In this document: piece by piece, positions 38,687 through 52,207 of the stretch | Numbering within the stretch: the stretch's first letter is position 1 | Layout of the letters: the number at the start of each line of letters is the position of its first letter | Position numbers and translations under genes: made by a program | Origin: Hypanus sabinus | Lineage: Eukaryota | Assembly (NCBI RefSeq): GCF_030144855.1 | Contig: NC_082718.1 | Location: forward strand, 23,312,001 to 23,376,000 | DNA length: 64,000 nt | Direction: 5' to 3' | Notes under the pieces: generated by a model | Seen by the model: the letters and a program-made list of their open reading frames with translations, nothing else | Told to the model about the DNA's origin: nothing | Databases searched by the model: none

Positions 38687-40097
38687 CAGGTTTCCCCCGC
38701 CATCGGAAGCTAGAGCATTCCTATGAAGTGGTTCCTAAGCCGGAATGTCGTAAAGTGAAGAAACAATTACCATTTATTTATATGGGAAAAATTTGTGAGC
38801 ATTTGCAGACCCAAAAAATAACCTACCAAATCATGCCAAATAACACATAAAACCTGAAATAACAGTAACATTTAGTAAAAGCATGAATGATATGATAAAT
38901 ACATAGCCTATATAAAGTAGAAATACTTTTCTGCAATCATTGCAGCACTGCCCACTGTAGCGAAAATCTCACGCAAGCGCTCTTGGCAGAAATACTCGGC
39001 ACAAGCGCTCTCAGCAGAAACACATGGCGCAAGCGCTCTCAGCAGAAGCATTCTCTCCAGTAACCTTTAAGCTACGAAGCTGCCAAATCATACCAAATAA
39101 CAAATTGTACCAAATAACACATAAAAATACACAGCCTATATAAAGTAAAAATAATGTATGTACAGTGTAGTATCACTTACCTTCATTGGGAAGACAGCGA
39201 GAACACTGATGATGGTGTGTTAGGCTGAGTCGTCGGAGATTGGGGTGGTGGGACACTGGGGTGTCATCTCATCGTCGTCTGTTTCCATCAGGGCAGGCAG
39301 GTCATCTTCTATGTCTGCCTGCCTCGATGTTGAAAGTCAAGGTTCGTGGTCTGCTGTGGCTGATGTGGAAGGCTTGAAAAGTGACAGTATGCTTGACCGC
39401 TTAGCCTCGTGCATTTTTCTATCATACAGTTCTTAATTAGCACTCAAACCATCCTGCAAATATGCCCTAAATTACGTACGTTTTCAAAATTAAAGTCGTA
39501 TTTTTATGCAATCGTTGCGGCGTTGTCAATCGCAGCGAGAATCTCAAGCAGTTGCTTCACGTTCAGTTCCTGGACGACTTCACTTTCGGTCCGTTTGGTT
39601 TTGGTTGTTATCCTTTCCTCTTCCAATTGCATCAGCTCTTCATCTATCAGTTCTTGGTCATGGGATGCCAAAACCTCTTCAACATCATCTTCATCAACTT
39701 TCACAAACCAAACTCACTTTGTCCTTACTTAGTTCACCACAATCGAAACGCTTAATTATGTCTAGTTTTACGCTAAGTGTAACACCCTTACAAGCTCTTT
39801 TAGGCTATTCCAATACCTTAGAACTCATCTTGCTAATGGATGCACAAAATAAATTGACATATAGCACAGATGCTCACAGGCACGTGTTCAAGCAGTGGCA
39901 GCTAGAATGCAGTTCCGGGGGGAGGAGCTTGGCTGCTTGGTGCGCACGCTGCCTTTTTCATGTGCTACCTTTTTTGCGCACTGTCTTTTTTCGTAACAGT
40001 GAAATCATCTTCTGTTAGCGAAAACAGGTAACTAATGTAGGTTTTTCGCAACAGTGAGGTGTCGAAAAGCCAACTTTCGAAAACCGGGGGACACCTG
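38687..40097 (-). mobile_element. Tigger-family (MER82-like) DNA transposon, deletion derivative with transposase N- and C-terminal remnants
   Basis: TA|CAGGTTTCCCCCGC ... CCGGGGGACACCTG|TA. Minus strand encodes GVTLSVKLDIIKRFDCGE joined to VDEDDVEEVLASHDQELIDEELMQLEEE. Confidence 0.88.
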
Positions 40098-40129
40098 TAC
40101 TGTGTTTCTATCTCCTACCCAAGAATCAT

Positions 40130-40710
40130 AAACACTACTCCTCTGGTAGGTGCATTGTTTCTGCCTTTACCCCACTACAGTTACCTCTTCAAACCTTAAC
40201 GCTTGTCCCTTCTCTTCCCACCTATATCCAGGACACCTTGTGTGCTTCCAACCATTTTAACAACTTCTAATACCTTGACCTTCAAGGTGCATTCCACACC
40301 CCTCCCACCCCCATCTTCATTATGGATGTTCGGTCCCTATATAATCCTATTCCCATCAGAAAGGCTTTTAAACTCAATTTCTTTCTAGAACATAGATCCA
40401 GCCAGTTCCTCTCCGTCACCTGCAGAATTTCTGCTTATCCTGAAAAATTTCTCCTTTGAGTCCTCTCGCTTTCAACAAATCAGAGGTGTAACTGTGGGCA
40501 TTTGCATTGACCCTAGCAATGCCTGCCTTCTCTTTGTCTATATGGCACAGTCTTTGATCCGAGCATACCCTGGCATCACTCGCCAGCTCTTGACAACATC
40601 AACTTCACTACCAGCTTCCATAACAGATAGAAGTTCCCAATCCAAAATGTCGTCTGTCCATTTCCCTCGATGGGTACTACTTGACCTGCTGAGTTCCTCC
40701 AGCAGCTCAT
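40130..40710 (+). mobile_element. Penelope-like RT remnant and terminal repeat
   Basis: Degenerate FIMDVRSLY..IP and FQQIRGV motifs, then the family tail. Confidence 0.6.
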
Positions 40711-41459
40711 TTATTTTATGTTTTTATTTGAGATACAGCACAATAATAAGCTCTTCCAGCCCAACAAACCCATGCTGCCCAGCTACACCAATGTGTTCAA
40801 TTTACATACATCTTTGGAATGTGGGAGGAATTCAGAGCTCCCAGAGTAAACCCACATGGTCACAGGGAAAGCGTACAAACTCCTTGCAGAGATTAGTGGG
40901 AATTGAACTGAGGTTGCTGGTGCTGGAAGGGTATTATGCTAATTGCTTTGCTACCATGCCAGCTAAGTTTGCGCTCTTGATTCCAACATCTGCATCTAGT
41001 GTCTGCACATAATACATTGCCTTAAGAAGCAACGGAACAAGTTGAAGAAATGGGTGGTCAACTCTATTTCTACCTTTGCACCTGAGACACTTGAGCAAGT
41101 TACTAAATAACTTTGACTGCTTACAGAATAGCAGTGCAAGTTTTTAATACGTTTAGAAGAGTGGTAGCAAAATGAAATGTGCCGAGTTATTTATGTAGAT
41201 GTTAACGCATAGTAATGCCGAAGGTTAATTTTCCTGTTTATATACCTTGTAATCACAGTTAATCAGTCAGTTCCGTGTGCACCTTAAATGCTGTATTATC
41301 TTAGCAGGAATATTGCAGACTGTTGCAAGAAATATAAAGTGCGTGATTTTAACTTTTCACCTATTGATTGGAGCTCCTATTCTGTAAAAGGACTCAATGT
41401 GTTCAGGGAAGTTTTCCGAATCAGTACATAGAAGTCCCAATGAAGGTCTGCGATACTTG

Positions 41460-43450
41460 ATCTGCTATTAGGGAATGAGGCATCACAGGTGACAGAAGTT
41501 TGTGTAGGGGAACACTTTGCATCTTGTGATCATAATGCATTTTAGTTTCAAAGTAATTATGGAAAAAGATAGATCTGGTCTGTGGGTTGAGGTTCTAAAT
41601 TAGAGAAAAGCCTGTTATGATGGTATCAGAAAGGATCTGGCAAATGTGGATTGGGACAAGCTGTTTTTTATAGGTTAACATATACTTGGTAAATGGGAAG
41701 CTTTCAAAAGTGAAATTTTGGGTATATGAAGCTTGTATGTGCTTGTCAGAATTAAAGGTAAAGATCACAGGTTTTGGGAACCTTGGTTTTCAAGAGAGAT
41801 TGAGGCTCTAGTTAAGAAGAAAAAGGGTGTATAGCAGATATAGGCAGCTAGCAACAAATGAGGTGCTTATGGAGTATAAGAAATGCAAGAAAACACTTTT
41901 AGAAAGAAATCAGGGCAGCTAAAAGAAGGCATGACGTTGTCCAAGCGGACAAAATAAAGGAGAATCCTAGGGATTTTACAGATAATGTTAAGAACAAAAC
42001 GATTGCAAGGGACAAAATTGGTCCTCTAGAAGATCAGAATGGTAATCTATGTGTGGAGCCGAAAGAGATTGGGGAGATGGTAAATGGATTTTTTGCATCT
42101 GTATTTACTTAGGAGATGGACACTGAATCTATAGAAGTTAGGTACCAGAGGATTGGAAGGTAACTAATGTTGTTCCGCTGCTTAAGAAAGGCTCTAAAAA
42201 TAAACCAGGAAATCAGTAGTAAGAAGGTATTTTAAGGGACCGGATTTATGAGTATTTGGATAGACATGGACTGTTTAGGGATCGTCAGCTTGGCTTTGTG
42301 CATGGTAGATTATGTATAACCAATCTTAGAGTTTTTTTGAGGAAGTAACCAGGAAAGTTGATGAAGATAAAGCAGTAGATATCGTCTGCATGGACTTTAG
42401 CAAGGCATTTTACAAGATCCCGCATGTGAGGTTAGTCAAGAAGGTTCAGTCGATTGGCAGTCAAGATGAGGTAGTAAACAGGATCAGACATAGGCTTTGT
42501 GGAAGAAGCTGTAGAGTGGCAGTAGATGATAGCTTCTCTGACTGGAGGTCTGTGACTAGTGGAGTGTTGCATGGATCAGTGCTGGGTCCATTGTTATCTA
42601 TATCAATGATTTATTTGAATGATAATGTGGTTAAATGGATCAGCAAATTTGTGGATGACACCAAGGTTGGAAGTGTAGTGGGATGGCACCAAGATTGCAG
42701 CAAGATCTGCACCAGCTGGAAAAATGGGAGATGGGAGATGGAAGTTAATGCGGACAAATGTTGTAGAAGGAAGGGACCTGGGAATACAGATCCATAATTT
42801 ATTGAAAGCAGCACCATAGGTAGATAGGGTCGTAAAGAAAGCTTTTGGCACATCGGCCTTCGTAAATCAAAGTTTAGAGTACAGGAGATGATATATTATT
42901 TGTTATGTTACAGTTGTATAAGACAATGGTGAGGTCTAATTTGGAGTATTATATGCAGTTTTGGTCACCTACCCGCAGGAAGGATGTAAGAAAGATTGAA
43001 AGAGTACAGAGCAAATTTATAAATACGTTGCTAGGACTGAAGAACCTGAGTTATAAAGGAAAATTGAATAGGTTAGAACTTTATTCCTTGGATCATTGAA
43101 GATTTAGGGGAGATTTGATGGAGGTATAGAAAATTATGAAAGATGTAGATAGGGTAAATGCAGGCAGGCTTGTTCCACTGAAGTTGGGTGAGGATACTAG
43201 AGGTCATGGGTTGTGAAAAGTTTAAGGGGAACTTAAGGGGAAACTTATTCACTCAGAGGGTGGGAGAGTGTGGAATGAGCTGTCAATGCAAGTTGTGCTT
43301 GCGAGCTCGATTTCAATGTTTAAGGGAAGTTTGTATACATACATGGATGGTTGGAGTATGGAGGACTGTGATGGTTTTGGTGCAGGTTGATGGGAGTAGG
43401 CAACGATTCTGCTAGAAGGGCTTGTTTCTCTGTTGCGTTTTTCTATGACT
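41460..43450 (+). mobile_element. Decayed CR1 LINE
   Basis: MDFSKAF..IPH.RL, GSVLGPLL, KFVDDTK and QFWSP motifs, plus 3' tail. Confidence 0.85.
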
Positions 43451-46400
43451 ATGACTCTTAAGTTACATGAGTTAATTTTAAAGAAAGGTCCAGGAAATCT
43501 AAAATAACAACGGTTCATGCAGCACCTTTGGAGGGAGAAACAGTGAATATTTCAGTTGATACTGTTCATCAGAACTGCGTTGATAACTGTTTCTTTCTCC
43601 ACTAATGCTAACTTGATCTGCTGAGTATTATTACATCTCCTGTTTCAATTTCTAGACATTGCATTTTATTGCTTTCTGATTACTTCTGAATTCACTAGCA
43701 CTTTTGTTCAAGGAATGCTTACCTTGAAGAAGCTTTGTTTCTCTCCATACTTCCATTTGTCTCTTTTACCTTGTTCACTCTCAAAGTTTCTGTTAAGGTC
43801 AAAATAAGCTGTTTAATTCAACTTGCACCCTTAGTTCTGATGAAGGACTATTCATTGCTATACAGATGCTGTTTGACTGGCTGAATGTTTCCAGAATTTT
43901 CTGGGGGTTTTTTTGGTTAAAAATATTCTGTTAATTATTTTAAAGTACCAAGTTTGGTGGAAAAGGTCAGGTAGCTTGTATAGTTTAAGCATTGGTCTGA
44001 TTAAAGAGATGATTAAGCTTCAAAGTGGTAGAATTGAGTTAACCTTTTTCTGGATTATTGTTTTGGCCTGAGGTTTAGGTTAATCAGCTAAATTAGATTT
44101 GGAATTAAATACATGAGTATTTGTTTTAGTTTTAAAATGAATGCACTGGGTTAGTAATATTTACTAATGTGGCTAAGAACACTTATATTAAAAAACATCT
44201 GTAAATGTATTTAAAGAACTTGTCCAGAAACATTCACAACAATTTGCCTCACTATTTGACCAAAGTCTATTTTTATTTTAGCTTTTCTATGTTGGAGATT
44301 TAATCATAACTTGGTAAAGATAAAGAATTTCGTAATATTGTAGTTGTTGTAATTTGGAATTTCTACTTATGTCAAATATGTAATAAATCTTCCCATAGTT
44401 CACTCTCAGTAAAATAAATGTTGAATTTATGTACCATGTTTCACTTAATGTTGTTGAAGACTGATTCAGTACAGATAAACACTGAATTTAAGAAGCACTG
44501 TCTTTAAATAATAGCATTTAACTTACACAAGCACATCTTCACCCCTGCCTCTGTTGCATTTTTCCTTATTGAGATCATTACTCTTCTTGACTGGACCCAT
44601 TTCCTTGCTATGACCCCTCATATATTTCTATAAACCCCATGGTAAGTAGACTTAAGAAGACATAATAGACAACTGTTTAGCCAATCAGTTAAATCTGGCC
44701 TTCTAGGGTCCTCCTGTGGTTTGCCCAAATTGTTCACCATTTTAGGGTGTGTCACATTATAAAACTAGACCCTTCTACATCTTTTTTTTCCCCCTACCAT
44801 AAATCTTCTGTTAAGTCTTCACTCTCACCGTGGAATTCATTGTCACTAAAATTGAAGGTATTTTCCTTCCACTGATCATGGGGTCAGTCTTGATTTTGAA
44901 GATCTCACTAGTCCTACATTCGCTTTCTTTCCAATCTTGGTCTGTTTTTTTTCCTATTTTATATCAGGGAAGATTGAATGTCAGAGGGCTGATAGAGTAG
45001 GATGAAAGAGATTAATAAAGGGATTAACAAGTAACAAAGAAAATACTTGCGAATGTTTAGAAGCTCCTGGTTCTCTCTAGATATTATTCGCATTGTCTGA
45101 AATTCATATTGAAACCATATATTGTAGAGTGATTTATGAAGGATTAAACATTGTGCTGCTTTCTTGAATTAAATCAAAGTACAACATTAGATAGTTTGGG
45201 ATGCCAAACAGGGATATTTTGGTCTTAATATTAATGCATTTTACTCAATTAAAATGAAGCTAAAGGCAGCGGTGTTTCCATCATCTGGTAGTTTGGTATA
45301 GAGATGTTGATGGAGACAATTTGGATAGAATTGAACCTTGTGTGTGTTGTGTTAACACAAACAGCTCATTTCACTCTATGTTTCGATGTACATGTGATAA
45401 ATCTGTATCTGAATGCGCAATGGGGTGCTATGATAGAATAGTAGTTAGCATGGCGTTGTTACAGCTTGGGGCATCGGAGTTCAGAGTTCAATTTCCATGC
45501 TGTCTGTAAGAGGTTTGTACATTCTTCCCATGAGCTCATGGGTGTCTTCTGGGTACTCCAGTTTCCTCCCACATTCCAGACTTCAGGTTGGTCGGTAAAG
45601 TGGTCATTGTAAGCTGTCTTGTCATTAGGCTGGGCGGTTGTTGCTGGGCGGTGCATTTCGTTGCGCTGGAATGGCCCGTTTCGCGCTCTATCTCTAAATA
45701 AAGAAATAAACATTTACACCACAAAAGAACAAATTTGGGAAAAAAAGGGAGTTTAAATAAGAAAAACTGAATAATTATCTGAAAAACCATTTGGAAAAAA
45801 ATAGAGTGCTGGAAAGTAAAAACATAGAGGCGGGTATTGCTGACTATCTGGAACTGTTGGATGTGGAAGGCTGTCATGTGCCCATGGTGGAGATGCTGCT
45901 TTTCAGATTGCACTGAATTTCATTGGAACAGTAAAGAAGGCAAGGACAGAAGAAGTTCGGTATACAATTAAAGTGAGAGCATCCAGAAGCTCCAGATCAA
46001 ATTTCCTGGCTCAGGGTGTAGTTCACAGTGCCAGAGACCTGGCTTCAATTCTGACTTTGTGCTGCCTGTTGAACACTCCCTGTGCTGGAGCCCTATACCA
46101 CTCAAAACTTAAAGACAGGTTATCAGTTCAGAAAAGTTTAGTAACTGTAATGAATGTCCTTAAGGTGACATGAAAGGCATTGTATAAATTAGATTTGATA
46201 TTTGGCGTCAATAGGTAGGTCAAGAACTGTAACAGAATAAAAGTAGAGGTTCTGAAAGGTTTTTGTTGCAATTTATTGAAATGGTTGGCAGCAAAGTAGA
46301 TGAGTCCCAATCCAGAGGGCTTTCATCATAAATTACTACAGGGAGTATGGTTGGAAGCTATAGGGACTTGTGTGACTTAATTTTACAGTCTTCCTTAGAG

Positions 46401-46889
46401 CAGGAAATGATGCCAGAAGAACACTGGGTTACACATGTTCCTGCATGTTCGAAACTCAACAGCTGCCAGCCTGTCTAGCTAAACCGTGCCAGAGAACTTT
46501 TTAGTGAAGTACTTAAGTGGCCCTTGCAAAAGTAGGAGCTAATTAATCATTGGTGACACCCTGTTAAAGGCTTTCACAATCTTAGAAGTTGGGAATACAG
46601 CTGTAAGTTTTAAATAGCCAAAGTACTTCAGTACTTGTATTATTGTAAAGCTATTAATAAAGTTTAGACTTGTGGAAGTTTGCTTGATCAGAAACAAGCT
46701 GCACAGTGAAAAGAAGCTGTTTTAAAATCCATCAGGCAATTTCAGTCAATGTCAGCAATGACAAAATATTGTCTCATGAAACATCGGCTGTGCATTGCGT
46801 TGTGTTTCAAGGAATAAGTTGTTCTTGCCTTTTTGACAAGGGTGGAAAAGGGATGCAGTAGGTGAGTTGTAGGAAATAGAAAATGTAAA

Positions 46890-48540
46890 ATTAAAAATGG
46901 CTGCACCAGTCATTCAGAGGTTATATACAGGACTCTGAATAATAGCCAGGATGTCACGTACAAATTACGACAGGAGATAGTAAAAGCATATAAGAAAGGG
47001 AATGTTACAGTGGTCATGTTAAGAACAGGTTGGCATTGGATGTCAAGAAAGGGAATTTGTAGAATGCCGAGGAGATGGATTTTCAGAGCAGCTCTTGGTT
47101 GAGACCAGTAGGGAAAAGGCAATTCTAGTTTTAGTGTGGTGCAGTGAACCAGTTTTGATTAGGGAGCTGAAAAGGAAAAGGAACCCTTAGAAGACAGTGA
47201 TCATAATTTGTTCAACTCACTTACATTTTGAGAGGGAGAAGCTCAAATCAGATTTATCAGTATCACAGTTGATTAAAAGGAACTACAGAGGAATGAGTGA
47301 GGAGCTGACCAAAGTTGATTGGATGACAGGGATGGCAGTAGGGCAGCAATGGCAGGTATTTCTGGGAGTAATTTGGAAAGTGCAGGATCATTTTATCCAA
47401 AAGAAGAAGAAACATTGTAAAGGGAGGATGAGGCACCTATAACTGACAAGAGAAGTCAATGACAGCATAAAAGCTAAAGAGAGAACATTTAATATTGCAA
47501 TGAAGGTAAGCAAGCTAATAAAATGAAGATACCAGAAGTTCTTTTTCAGATGGCAAGATGGAGATGTGTCTCTATCAAAGGAGGTGTAAGGCACTCCGTC
47601 CCTTTGCTAGCTTGCAGGTTGACTTATCGAGTCCTTAGTGAGTACAGGCCCAACACTGGCAAACGCTCCTCATGTGTTAAACCCTTCATTCCCGGAATCA
47701 TCCTCGTGAACTTCCTCTGGACTCCTCCCAATGACAACACATTCTTTTTGAGATATGGGGCCCAGAACTGTTGACAGTACTCCAAGTGCGACCTGACTAG
47801 AGTCTTATAAAAGCTTAGCATTAGCTCCTTGCTTTTATATTCTATTCCCCTTGAAATAAATGCCAACATTGCATTTGCCTATTTTACCACAGATTCAACC
47901 TGTAAATTAACCTTCTGGGAGACTTGCATGAGAACTCCTAAATCCCTGTGCCCCTTCTCCCCATTTATATAATAGTTCCTTTTACCAAAATGCATTATCA
48001 TATGTTTCCCAACACTGTATTCCATCAGCCACTTTTTGGCCCATTCTTCCAATTTGTCTAAGTCCTGCTGCAATCATGCTTCTCCCTTAACATTTCCTAC
48101 CCCTCCACCTATCTTTGTATCATCTGCAAACTTTGCCACAAAGCCATCAATTCCATTATCCAAATCACTGACAAACAATGTGAAAAGTAGTGGTCCCAAT
48201 ATTAACCCCTGAGGAACGCCATTGATCACTGGCAGCTAACCGGAAAAGGCCCCCTTTATTCCCACTTGCTGCCTCCTGCCTGTCAGCCATTCCTGTATCC
48301 ATGCCAGTATCTTTCCTGTAATGCCACAGCATTTTATCTTGTTAAGCAGCCTCATGTGGCACCTTGTCAGAGGCCTTTTGAAAATCCAAGTAAATGGCAT
48401 CCATTGCCTCTTCTTTGTCCAGACTACTTGTTACTTCCTTGAAGAACTTTAACAGCTTTGTCAGGCAAACTTTCCCTTTACAGAAACTATGCTGGCTTTG
48501 AGTTATTTTATCACGTCTCCAAGTACCCCGAAACCCTCAT
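46890..48540. mobile_element. CR1 fragments (plus-strand endonuclease to about 47520, minus-strand RT 47623-48540)
   Basis: ORFs LAFISRGIEYKSKE...QFWAP and QQDLDKLEEWAKKW. Confidence 0.8.
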
Positions 48541-49960
48541 GCCTCAGAATGAGACCTGAGATATGAAGATCCTTTGCCAGTATAACAGGATGTTTAGACT
48601 CTTCAGGCAGGGCTGCCCTACTAAGCCGGCCACCAACTTTCAAGAAACCATTTTCAAGTACTGGATTGAGCTTGAAAATATGGCTGTTCCTTTTCACACT
48701 TTCTTCCCTTGACAAGCTTGAGAATTCATCTGAAAGATTCTTTCTTTGGGAAAACCCAGTGATCTCTATTTCAGCCTTTCTGAGATCCTCCACTGAGAAA
48801 CAACATTGGCTGATCTGACCTTTGGCCTTTTCAATCTCTGTCTCCAAAGAATACCCTTGTTGTTCTTCATTCAAGTCAGGCTGAGCAAGAGTGATGTTCA
48901 GCTTCTTTCTAAGACACATGAGCAGATTCTTAAATCTAAGAATCCAGGCCACTCTCTTCTTCAAATGGGTCCAAGATAAGAAGGGTCGGCCCGAAACGTC
49001 GACAGCGCTTCTCCCTATCAATGCTGCCTGGCCTGCTGTGTTTTACGAGCATTTTGTGTGTGCTGTTTGAATTTCCAGCATTTGCAGATTTCCTCGTGTT
49101 TGCCAAGATAAGAAGTGATAGATTATATGTGTTACTGCATGTACCTCCTCTTCAATCTGCACGACATTCATTGTAACACTGTTGATAGAATATCCTGTAT
49201 ATTACCAAAGGCAATCTTTACTTGCCTTTCAATAAAATCAACAATGTCAACAAGTGGTCTGAGGGTTGTGCCTTTCTTGCAGTTCACAGACCACTATTCT
49301 CCATTTATCCTTAAGCATTTAGGGCTGTTTCTTTATGACAATCAGAATGTTTCAAGCTTGTTCAGCTCATGCATGTACTCCAGGTACTTCGTCCATGGCA
49401 TTGCAATAGCCTCTAAGAAAAAGACTGCGATCTTGAAGGGCTTTCACATCTTCAGACTTGTCGGGTACCCAAGAAAGAGTGTTTTGCATTTGGCGAATGC
49501 AATTTTTTTATTTATTATCTAAATGATCCTGCAGTTAAGCCTTAGCCTTGATATATCCTTTCTTAGGGTCAAAATGTTGGCAACTTCTGACAAGTTCTCT
49601 AGCCCGTAGTGTACTGTATCACCATCAAATTAAAATTTTTCTTTGTGCTTTTTCAAGATATGAACTCACACCATAGGACAATCCTGCTGGAGTACTTTGA
49701 GCACTAACTACCTTTGAAGCCCTAAGCACACTAACTTTGGCCATAAGTACGGCAATTTCTTCCTTCACCTTCTTCCTTTTTCATAGCTGTTCCATGAGGA
49801 ACAGCTTTTGCTTTTCCAGCATATGTTTATCCTTCAGTAACCATTGATGTATCAGTAATGCAGCTAAATCTGCTCTATTCCAGAGGAGGTAATAGATAGA
49901 GAAGATTTTCTTCCTGTAGCAGAGCTTCGAGTACTGGCATTTGACATACTGTCGTTAGTT
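48541..49960 (-). mobile_element. BEL/Pao LTR retrotransposon internal fragment (pol plus gag remnants, no LTRs seen)
   Basis: SWTHLKKRVAWILRFK...LRKAEIEI...FKLNPVLENGFLKVGGRLSRAALPEESKHPVIL is typical of BEL/Pao pol upstream of integrase. Confidence 0.85.
48984..49102 (+). mobile_element. Short Penelope-like terminal repeat insertion with 13-bp TSD
   Basis: CCAAGATAAGAAG at 48971-48983 and 49103-49115 flanks the repeat. Confidence 0.85.
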
Positions 49961-50229
49961 TCACATCATCTTGAGGGTCATCTGCTATATGTATAGTCAA
50001 AACATGCCATGGAATTTGAGAAACATTGTCTGTTGGAAGGTGAGGTGCATTTTCATTTATTGCAGCAATATGACCTTCAATTTTCTTTTGTTCAGTCTAA
50101 CATGTTTGGGTCAACCATTGTTTCACATCGTCTGTGAATGCACTGCTATAGCTATCAGTGCTTGAAAAACATTCATTCTGTTTTTTTTTCCCTGTTCATC
50201 CTTGGGAAGTAATTAAATCAGTATTTGAG

Positions 50230-50670
50230 CAATACAGACAAAATGCTGGAGGAACTTTGCAGGCCAGGCAGCATCTATGGAAAAAAGTACAGTCGACATT
50301 TTGGGCCGAACCCTTCTAGATTTAAAAGGTGAGGATAGGGGAGAGAGAACCACCACAGATGAAGTAAAGAGCTGGGAAGTTGATTGGTGAAAGTGACACG
50401 GGGCTGAAAAGTGGGATCTCCCAGTGACCACCCATTTTAAACCCTGTGGCCATTCTTTTAATTACACTTCCCATTCCCATTTTGATAGGTCCATCCATGG
50501 CCTCCTCCACTGTCATGATGAGGCCACACTTAGGTTGGAGGAACAACACCTTATATTCTGTTTGAGTAACCTCCAACCTGCTGACATGAACATTGATTTC
50601 TCAAATTTCCAGTAATGCCCCCAAACACCCCCCCTCCATTACCCATACCCTCCTCCCTCTCTCGCTCTCA
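50230..50670. mobile_element. Penelope-like element 3' end (C-terminus of GIY-YIG ORF, plus strand) preceded by an inverted terminal repeat
   Basis: ORF 50424-50615: HS.FDRSIHGLLHCHDEATLRLEEQHLIFCLSNLQPADMNIDFSNF. Confidence 0.78.
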
Positions 50671-51569
50671 CCTCATGCCACTAACAGCACGAAGGGTGAA
50701 CTAACAACTGCAACTCATTTATTGTATTTCTCCAAATCTCAACCCATGTGACAAATTGCCGTAACCCATAATAAAATGGACAACACGATATTGAATACAG
50801 ATGGGCAGAAAATAGATACGTAGCTCCTATAGATGGGCTGAAAGACTGTTTTCTGTGCTTTATAATCCCATCACTCCATGATTCTATGACTCCACAGCCT
50901 TATGTTCTAACCCTTAGCATTAAAGTTGTTTTACATCTGAAAGCAATTTCTCTGTTTAAAACAACATTGATGCGGTATATTATGTAAAATGTCATAATAC
51001 AAAACTATATGGATTTCATGTGTTGGTGTACCTTGCTCTTAGACCAGAATAAAGCTCATAACCTTATTTCGTTGCACTGGGTATCCTGTACAGATTCCAG
51101 TATTTTGCATTCTTTTAGGATGAAGAACAACTTCTTGTATGCCAGTTCTGTGGGTGTTTGAGGTTGTTGACAGGGCTGTCAGATGAGTATGTGTATGCTC
51201 CGCCTGCCTTATAATCTGGGCTTCTGTGTGTTCTTTACGAGTGAACATGAAGTTTTTTAATGCTCTCTTCAATACTCCTTTGTTAGTTTGAGTGGTTGTG
51301 TTTTGGGGATTTGGTAGGGAACGTGTCAATTTTACAAGGAGGCTTTGAGTGCATCCTTGTGAAATTTCATCTATCCACATGGTAACCTTTTGCTTTGACA
51401 GAACTCCATTGATTTCAGCAGTCAGTTGTCCAGCATGCGGGGAACTTGACTATGTCTGATCTAATTAGGGTTTTGATGTTGCAGATGTTGGTCTGGGAGA
51501 GATATAAACCTGCCAGCAGGTTTAGAAGATATTGCAAAGACACCCATCGAGCACGGACATCTATCCAGG

Positions 51570-51885
51570 TAGCACGGTAGCATAGGGGTTAATATAAAGC
51601 TTATTAGCGCCAGATCAGTGTTCAATCCCTGCCCCTGTCTGTAAGAAGTTTGTATATTCTCCCTGTGACTGTGTAGAGTTTCCACTGAATGCTGTCTTTC
51701 CTCCCACATTCCAAAAAGACATATGGGTTAGGGTTAGTAAATTGTGGGCATGCTATGTTGGCGCTGGAAGCATGGCAACACTTGTGGGCTACCCCAACAT
51801 ATCCTCAGTCTGACAGTGTTTGACGCATTTCACTGTTTTGATGTTTCAATGTACATGTGACAAATAAAGCTAATCTTTAACTTTA
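51570..51885 (+). mobile_element. tRNA-derived V-SINE
   Basis: Same structure as 9095-9465. Confidence 0.75.
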
Positions 51886-52207
51886 ATCTCTAGTGTATTG
51901 AAGCATGTACTGCAGGTCACTGTGGACCATGAGCTTTGTTTCATATTGCGGGGGGAGGGGGGGAGGCGTGCGCAGTATTGTAATGATTGTAATAGTTACC
52001 ATGACGTTATTACAGTGCTAGTGAAAGAGTTTCAATTCCCTCTGCAGTCTGTAAGGAGTTTGTATGTTCTTCCCATGATTGCGAGGTTTCCCCCGGTGCT
52101 CCGCATTCCAAAGACATGCTGGTTAGTTGATTAATTGGTCACATGGATGGAATCAGGCAGCGTGCGATTGTTGGGCTGGAAGCACAAGTGACTGTGCTGT
52201 ATCTTTA

